64,000 nucleotides of DNA. Origin: a candidate division Kazan bacterium GW2011_GWA1_50_15. Lineage in GTDB: Bacteria > Patescibacteriota > Kazan-3B-28. The translations under genes and the position numbers were made by a program. Shown here piece by piece: positions 58,568 to 64,000 of this stretch. Location of the stretch: NCBI GenBank assembly GCA_001029795.1, contig CP011216.1:499580-563579 (forward strand), in the 5' to 3' direction. The notes beneath the pieces are model-generated. The model did not search any database. It saw only the letters and a list, made by a program, of their open reading frames with translations, and was not told the DNA's origin. Position 1 is the stretch's first letter. The number at the start of each line of letters is the position of its first letter.

Positions 58568-59116
58568 TTAGTCGGTGTCAGTTAGAATATCTTCAACATC
58601 CAAACCGGCCTCGCTAACCGAGGAGCGGTTGGGGTTGAGGTTGTTGATCTGCGTAGTAACGGCATCCTGATCTTCTGCTCTCATTGTACCACCCGTATCT
58701 AAGAGGTGAGACAGTTTTTCAAGCTGAGTTTTAAGTTCGCCACCGCTTTGACGTTCGCGGACTTCGCTTTTAGTATCTTTGATGTCGCTGGCTTGGACTT
58801 TGATCGCCTGAACTAGTTGACGCGGCTCTTTGTGCCAGACAGCCTGCTTAGGCGACGTCCAAAAATGCCATAACTGCAATGCGAACAGGCCGAACGGACG
58901 ACCATTGATCTGAATAAAGGCTAATGACACGCTTAAGGCCACCGCTACTAAACTGATCAGTACGAACTCGGTGAAATAGAGGTACTTCCGAGTGTAGTAT
59001 TGATAGGCGATAAAGACGAGTGCGGCTCCGCCGAGAACGTAGAGGAACTGTTTCAGGGTCAGCGGACCGATCAAACGGTCTTCGCGGGTAACATCTTGTG
59101 GAATTTTGGCGGCCAT
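58568..59116 (-). CDS. PrgI-family membrane protein
   Basis: KIPQDVTREDRLIGPLTLKQF, two TM segments, INGRPF, SPK..VW. Confidence 0.85.
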   Translation of the reverse strand: MAAKIPQDVTREDRLIGPLTLKQFLYVLGGAALVFIAYQYYTRKYLYFTEFVLISLVAVALSVSLAFIQINGRPFGLFALQLWHFWTSPKQAVWHKEPRQLVQAIKVQASDIKDTKSEVRERQSGGELKTQLEKLSHLLDTGGTMRAEDQDAVTTQINNLNPNRSSVSEAGLDVEDILTDTD

Positions 59117-59118
59117 AA

Positions 59119-62052
59119 TTACGGTTTAATATTGTTGGTAGCAGAAGCACCCCGAGCCAAGTGGTCCAGGGCGTCAGCTAGGCTTAACTCGCCAGCTTGG
59201 GTTGGGTCTTGCAAGTCTTTCTTGCCAACTCCAAAGTTGGTCAAGTTAGTCCGCTTAGCCCAGTCAGCGACTTTGTTACCTAGACCCAGGGACTCAACTT
59301 TGATCTTAGTTTCGTCGCCCCCGGCGGCTGTCCCTGCCCGGCGCAGTTCGTTCATCAGGCCAAGTGATTCAGTCCGAACCTCCTGCTGGGCGGCTGTCCC
59401 GGTAACTGTAGCGCCAGCGGTAGTAACAAATCCCGATTTAACCACCTCGGTTAACGTGTTCTCATAAGACGGGTGCCCTGAAGCTGACTGGAGAATATCA
59501 ACAGTTAACGTATCGATGGTGCGCTGTTGGGTGGCTTGCTGTTGGGCGAGAGCAGCCGCTTGGCGTTTAGCCGCATCGGCACCAATAGTCTTGGTAGCAT
59601 ATTCTGATAGTTGTGCGGCTAGAGCTGGGTTAGCCATCCCCTCGGCGATCGGTGCGCCTTGGGTGCGGATAGTAGCTAGCGGAATACCGTTCCTGTGGAC
59701 TAGAAGCTTAGCAGCGGCATCAGCTGAACCTTGGAAGTTAGCAAAGCTTAACAGGCCCTCGATATCATGTACTTTTTGGGCCTCATCTAGATTGGGGTTG
59801 GCGGCGATACGCTCGATCTGTCCATAGACATTTTTATTTGTTCCCGAGAAAGCGCTCAGAGCGGCTATCCCACTGCTTCCCAGGTTGGTGACAGAGTCAC
59901 GGAAGTCGGCGTCGTTGGCGATAGCATCGAGTACTTTGGGGTCAGCTGAACGGATAGCTAGGGCGGCTTGCTGCCCGGCGCCGCCTAATCGGTTAAGACT
60001 GTTAGCTAGGTTACCTAACTCTGCACTCAGCGAAGCGATATTGGTTTGACTGGCGGCTAACCGGGCGTTGGTTTGAGCAATCTCGGTTTCAGCTGCAGTT
60101 AATTGGCGCTGGGAGTGTAGGGTAGTCCGCTTGGCTTCGAGGTCGGCGGCTCTCTTTTCATCTTTGGCTGAAATGGCAAACGGTTTTTTGGGCATGTATT
60201 GATAACCGGCACCGGTAGTTAGGTTGCTAACCAGGTCGTAGAAGTCGGAGTCTTCTAAAAGGGGATTCAGCATTTTGCGCCAGTTATACTTGTCCACCCC
60301 AGTCCCTGCTTGTTTGAGGGCCCGCGTCACTTTACGGCTAAGCTCTCGGGCAGTATCAGTAGAGACACGGCCAGTGGCAACCCGTTCAGCCTCAGCTCGT
60401 TTGCGCACATCAGCGATGGATGCCTCCATGGCTTCGGGCCCGAGGGCAATACTGTCTTCTAGCTCAGAGTCATCCTTGGCGATACTGTTTTTGATAGCGT
60501 TAGCCCAGTTGCGGCTGGATGCCAAACCAGGGTTTTGTTTATCGAATTGTAGTTCTAGGGCAGACTTTTGAGCAACATCTAAGTCGTCAATTGATGTTAC
60601 GCCGTACCGCTTGTAGCCTTCAATGGCCATGAATTCATCTAGCTTTCGTTGGCGGTTAGATAAGATGACGTTGGCCTGCGGGAGAAGCTGCTCATTGACG
60701 GCTCTACCCGTAGCAACCTTATTGGCTTTCTTGGCTGCTTCCAGCTGCGCATCTAATTTAGCGCCGGCAATCTCGGCTTGGCGCAATGGCCCACCCAACT
60801 TTGAACCCTTGAGCTTTTCAACGCCAAGCTGCCAGTATTTACCGATAGTGCTAGACGCGCTTTTGCCGGCCAGTTGGAACGGTTTGTCGATCATGTCGCC
60901 CATCCATTTAGTAGCGGCGCTTAACGGCACGTCCAGCATCTTGGGCGTGTTGGCAGCAGCGATCATCACGGCTACCATCACAATGATGTACATAATCATC
61001 CCGGCATCCAGTCCAGCCGCGGCGCTGTTGTCACCAAATTTAAACAGAGCGACTAGTTGCTCGGAGACTGAACTGCCAGGAGCATTGGGGCGGAGTAGAT
61101 TAGCTACTCCGAGCAGCAGAAAGGAGATCGGGAGAACTAAGATCCATTTGATTAAGTTGGTCCACCACCGGCTAGCATAGCTGGATAGGTCCTTGTGCGG
61201 CAGTAAGCCGAGTGCGAAGTAGAAGGGAGCGAAGATAGTCAGCAGGATGATCTGGATGGCCCGTTCGGTCATGACGGCCACGATCCGGAAGAGGGCATAG
61301 GTGGTCACTATAGCGATAATAAGGATGACTAGCGATAGACCAATGTAGCCGTAGATGCTCATTTTTGGGTCGAAGATGACCCCACCAGAAAAGAGGGTGA
61401 GCAAGTCTTGGTAGAGGATGTCGATCTGGGATGGTTGGAAGCCAAACACTGTGCTAGCTGAGTTTTTCAGGGCGTCACCCGCTTCAATAAATACCCAAAC
61501 TAACTGGTAACTTAAATTAGCCAACACTACTGCGGTGACCAGGCCGGTGATAGCCTTCTTGAAGTTGTACCCGCCCGAGCGGGTGATGATCATAATAGCG
61601 AAGATCGCTAAGGCCAAGAAGAAGAGTACATTGGCGGCGGAGCGCATCGCCCCCCACGCCTGCAGAACGGCAGGGGAACCCAGTACACCATTCTGGCCCT
61701 TAAGAATAACCTCGTTCAGGATCCAAAGCAGAAGAGCGTTGATCATCCCCAAAAGCGCCTCGAGACCGTAAACCAGAGCACCAACGATGGCTTTAAGGGT
61801 GGACTCGGCTAGCCAACTTACAGCCTGTAGACCGCCAGAGGGGTCCAACAGACGTTTTAACCAATCCGGGATGAATAGGGCAGAGCTACTGGTGTATTGG
61901 CCCGGGATAAGCTGAGCGTGGGCGATCAAAGGTACACCAACTAGTACAGCGATGGCTAACAGGGAGACAATCAACATCAACCGCCCGCGCGGTTTATCTA
62001 GAAATCGTTTAATTAGCTGGGACCAATTTTTCATTTTTATTTTGGTGGCCAA
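59119..62052 (-). CDS. VirB6/TrbL-like polytopic membrane protein with ~550-aa helical C-terminal tail
   Basis: AW..MRSAANVLF, LANLS, R...I.LLTIFAPF..ALGLLP, WW..L in the TM region; first gene of the prgI-virB4 operon. Confidence 0.7.
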   Translation of the reverse strand: MATKIKMKNWSQLIKRFLDKPRGRLMLIVSLLAIAVLVGVPLIAHAQLIPGQYTSSSALFIPDWLKRLLDPSGGLQAVSWLAESTLKAIVGALVYGLEALLGMINALLLWILNEVILKGQNGVLGSPAVLQAWGAMRSAANVLFFLALAIFAIMIITRSGGYNFKKAITGLVTAVVLANLSYQLVWVFIEAGDALKNSASTVFGFQPSQIDILYQDLLTLFSGGVIFDPKMSIYGYIGLSLVILIIAIVTTYALFRIVAVMTERAIQIILLTIFAPFYFALGLLPHKDLSSYASRWWTNLIKWILVLPISFLLLGVANLLRPNAPGSSVSEQLVALFKFGDNSAAAGLDAGMIMYIIVMVAVMIAAANTPKMLDVPLSAATKWMGDMIDKPFQLAGKSASSTIGKYWQLGVEKLKGSKLGGPLRQAEIAGAKLDAQLEAAKKANKVATGRAVNEQLLPQANVILSNRQRKLDEFMAIEGYKRYGVTSIDDLDVAQKSALELQFDKQNPGLASSRNWANAIKNSIAKDDSELEDSIALGPEAMEASIADVRKRAEAERVATGRVSTDTARELSRKVTRALKQAGTGVDKYNWRKMLNPLLEDSDFYDLVSNLTTGAGYQYMPKKPFAISAKDEKRAADLEAKRTTLHSQRQLTAAETEIAQTNARLAASQTNIASLSAELGNLANSLNRLGGAGQQAALAIRSADPKVLDAIANDADFRDSVTNLGSSGIAALSAFSGTNKNVYGQIERIAANPNLDEAQKVHDIEGLLSFANFQGSADAAAKLLVHRNGIPLATIRTQGAPIAEGMANPALAAQLSEYATKTIGADAAKRQAAALAQQQATQQRTIDTLTVDILQSASGHPSYENTLTEVVKSGFVTTAGATVTGTAAQQEVRTESLGLMNELRRAGTAAGGDETKIKVESLGLGNKVADWAKRTNLTNFGVGKKDLQDPTQAGELSLADALDHLARGASATNNIKP

Positions 62053-62084
62053 TCAGATATCGGGGTGCCGCAAGTAATTATTTA

Positions 62085-62113
62085 ATTATAGCAAAAAACA
62101 GCGGATTAGTCAA
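62085..62113 (-). promoter_or_regulatory. Consensus promoter of the T4SS-like/pilB operon
   Basis: TTGACT-N17-TATAAT (TGC-extended) on the minus strand. Confidence 0.75.
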
Positions 62114-62253
62114 GAGGGGATTAGAGCCGTCTGGGCAACGCCAGAAAGGCATACAGTAAGCCAGCTCCCCAGATGTAGCTTTAGTCAAAGGTCATAAAAT
62201 CGGGCATAATGAGAGTGGTTTACAAAACGATCAAAAAATGATGTAATCCGTCA

Positions 62254-63696
62254 ATGGTAGACGAGCCGAAAAATCAGTCCCAGAGCAGTAAATCGCCACA
62301 AGAGGAGTTGGATGAACTACTGCGGCAGAGCCAAGTAACCCGGCCAACTTCTGGGATTAAATTGCCCGAAACTAGCCCGAACCGGGCCGCTAACTGGCTG
62401 GTGATAGGAATAGTTGGCCTAGCGGGTTTATTAGTAGTGGGGACTGGCTATGTGTTATTAAGCGGAGTCAAGTTCAACACTGCTCAGCTGGTGCTGGAGC
62501 TTAATACTGACCAGGTACAATTAACGGTGGACGATCATAGTGCCGGGACAGTTAACTCGGGGGATGTTTTGCGGGTGCGGGCTGGGCAGCATACATTGGT
62601 GGCGACCAAAGACGGTTTTTTGGATCTGCATGAACGAGTGGAACTGGCGCGCAATCAGCAGTTAACCGTTAATTTAGCATTATTACCCATCCCCGAGATA
62701 GAAACTGTGGTAGACCACCCCGTGGATTTTGCCAGGCTGAATCTAGATGGTTCGGAGATAGCCTATTTTGATGACGGAACAAAAACCTTTCAGGCGGTGA
62801 AGCTGGAAGATGGGTCTGTGGCCACCCTTTTTCGCGGTAGTTTTAGCGGGGTGCAGGATGTGGTCTGGTCTCCGGTGGGCCAGGCGGCGCTGGTCAAATT
62901 AGTCGGGCGGCCTACGCTGCCAAATACGTTAGACAACCGCAGTGTAAAGGGTCGCTATATCCCGCTGGGGACCCCGGGTGGCCGGCCAGACCAGGCCCCG
63001 GCTAAGTTTGGCGGGGTAAGCACTTGGCTATTTGACGATGACCGTAAACCCGCTGCTGGCTGGCAGCCGATCTTGCTGAACGATAGTATCTGCCAGGCAG
63101 CTTTCAATGCTGATGGTGGTTCCATTATCTATTTATATGACACGGCTAACGGCGAGTACTCGTTGGTGCAGGCTTGGCCAGATGGTTTGGAGTGGGAGCG
63201 GCTGATCGTCGAGATGCCGCGGTTTACCGATCCGCGGTTTAGCTGGGGGGCTGACGACAGGTACGTTCTGGTGCAGGATAACAACAAACTCAGTTTGTTG
63301 GATATGGTGGACAAGACTTTGTCAGAACCATTTCCTGACTATGTGGCGGGGAGCCAGCTCGCCGTCTCAACTGCGGGGGACAAGGTGGCCTATCTGGCTG
63401 ATGCGGATGGGGCGATTAAGCTGAAAATATATGACTTAGTGACTAGCACGGCCAAAGTTTTGGATACCCCGGCAGTCAGCGGCAAAACCAGTATGGTCTG
63501 GACGGGGACTGATAGTGTGATAGTGGCTTTGGATAATCAAACGTTCGAACTGATCGAGACTGACCAAGACGTTCATACCACCATCCCGTTCGTGGGTGCC
63601 AGCATTGATCTGCAAGTGCAGCGGATGGAATATAGCCTAGCCGCGAAAGTATTAATGTTAGTGACTGATCGGGGGGTGGCGATGATGAAGGTGTGA
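62254..63696 (+). CDS. Membrane-anchored PEGA-like + TolB-like beta-propeller protein
   Basis: TM segment; V.AGQHTLVATKDGF (PEGA-like); blade motifs LDGSEIAY, VVWSP, FSWGAD, STAGDKVAY. Confidence 0.7.
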   Translation: MVDEPKNQSQSSKSPQEELDELLRQSQVTRPTSGIKLPETSPNRAANWLVIGIVGLAGLLVVGTGYVLLSGVKFNTAQLVLELNTDQVQLTVDDHSAGTVNSGDVLRVRAGQHTLVATKDGFLDLHERVELARNQQLTVNLALLPIPEIETVVDHPVDFARLNLDGSEIAYFDDGTKTFQAVKLEDGSVATLFRGSFSGVQDVVWSPVGQAALVKLVGRPTLPNTLDNRSVKGRYIPLGTPGGRPDQAPAKFGGVSTWLFDDDRKPAAGWQPILLNDSICQAAFNADGGSIIYLYDTANGEYSLVQAWPDGLEWERLIVEMPRFTDPRFSWGADDRYVLVQDNNKLSLLDMVDKTLSEPFPDYVAGSQLAVSTAGDKVAYLADADGAIKLKIYDLVTSTAKVLDTPAVSGKTSMVWTGTDSVIVALDNQTFELIETDQDVHTTIPFVGASIDLQVQRMEYSLAAKVLMLVTDRGVAMMKV

Positions 63697-63700
63697 GGCT

Positions 63701-64000
63701 ATGGCGAACAGAGAAGAAGTCAAGCGACAACGACGGATCAAGGTTAAACGGATACGCGAAAGGATCGAGCGTCTGTTTCGGCGCGAGCGGATCAGTTTAG
63801 ATTTTTACGCGAGTGTGGCGGCGCAGTTAGACCGGGCCGCTAAGCAGATCGATGAAGGTCAGCGCTCTGATGAATTTAATCAAGAAGATCTAGCCGAGCA
63901 GCGCGTCGTCAATCAAGCTGGGGAAGAAAACAGAGACCAAGCTGACGAGGAGGGGGAATCCGCTGGAGAACCAAGACCCGAAGAACAACCTTCGGAGGAG
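63701..64000 (+). CDS. Hypothetical protein, basic then acidic; runs off the window
   Basis: Open frame from ATG 63701: MANREEVKRQRRIKVKRIRERIERLFRRE...EEGESAGEPRPEEQPSEE. Confidence 0.6.
   Translation, partial: MANREEVKRQRRIKVKRIRERIERLFRRERISLDFYASVAAQLDRAAKQIDEGQRSDEFNQEDLAEQRVVNQAGEENRDQADEEGESAGEPRPEEQPSEE

Noticed and set aside
53516-62052. Integrative conjugative element or prophage
   Set aside because: No integrase, relaxase, att repeats or phage genes; the context is core chromosome.
62116-62172. Possible riboswitch in the divergent promoter region (GGGGA...TCCCC with an inner hairpin)
   Set aside because: It lies between the two outward-facing -35 elements, so it is probably untranscribed, and it matches no aptamer consensus I know.

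Overview
A 64-kb chromosomal segment spanning the replication origin (rpmH-dnaA-oriC-dnaN-recF) of a reduced-genome bacterium using genetic code 11. It is most likely Patescibacteria/CPR, inferred from gene content, short PolA and ValRS, few Shine-Dalgarno sites on core genes and a chromosomal VirB4/PrgI cluster. Most of the window is housekeeping: ruvCA, pcrA, rsmA/I, recA, ftsK, rnj, pnp, rpsO/T, holA, yidC, mutM, polA, murE, tsaD, valS. It also holds a K+-independent H+-pyrophosphatase, a surface-glycan cluster (flippase, 2 GT4, 2 O-antigen-ligase-like genes) joined to the yidC operon, several peptidoglycan enzymes, and a tight operon linking T4SS-like genes (VirB6-like, PrgI, VirB4) to a PilB ATPase. 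The least explained signal is non-coding: at least five families of short structured repeats. One is a ~200-nt multi-stem element in two copies whose stems covary while the loops are conserved. Another is a 7-nt-periodic inverted-repeat module that frames a four-helix-bundle gene and also occurs empty. Several repeats lie in frame inside core genes (mutM, tsaD twice, valS). No rRNA, tRNA, CRISPR array, integrase or transposase was recognised. All calls come from reading motifs by eye, with no database searches.
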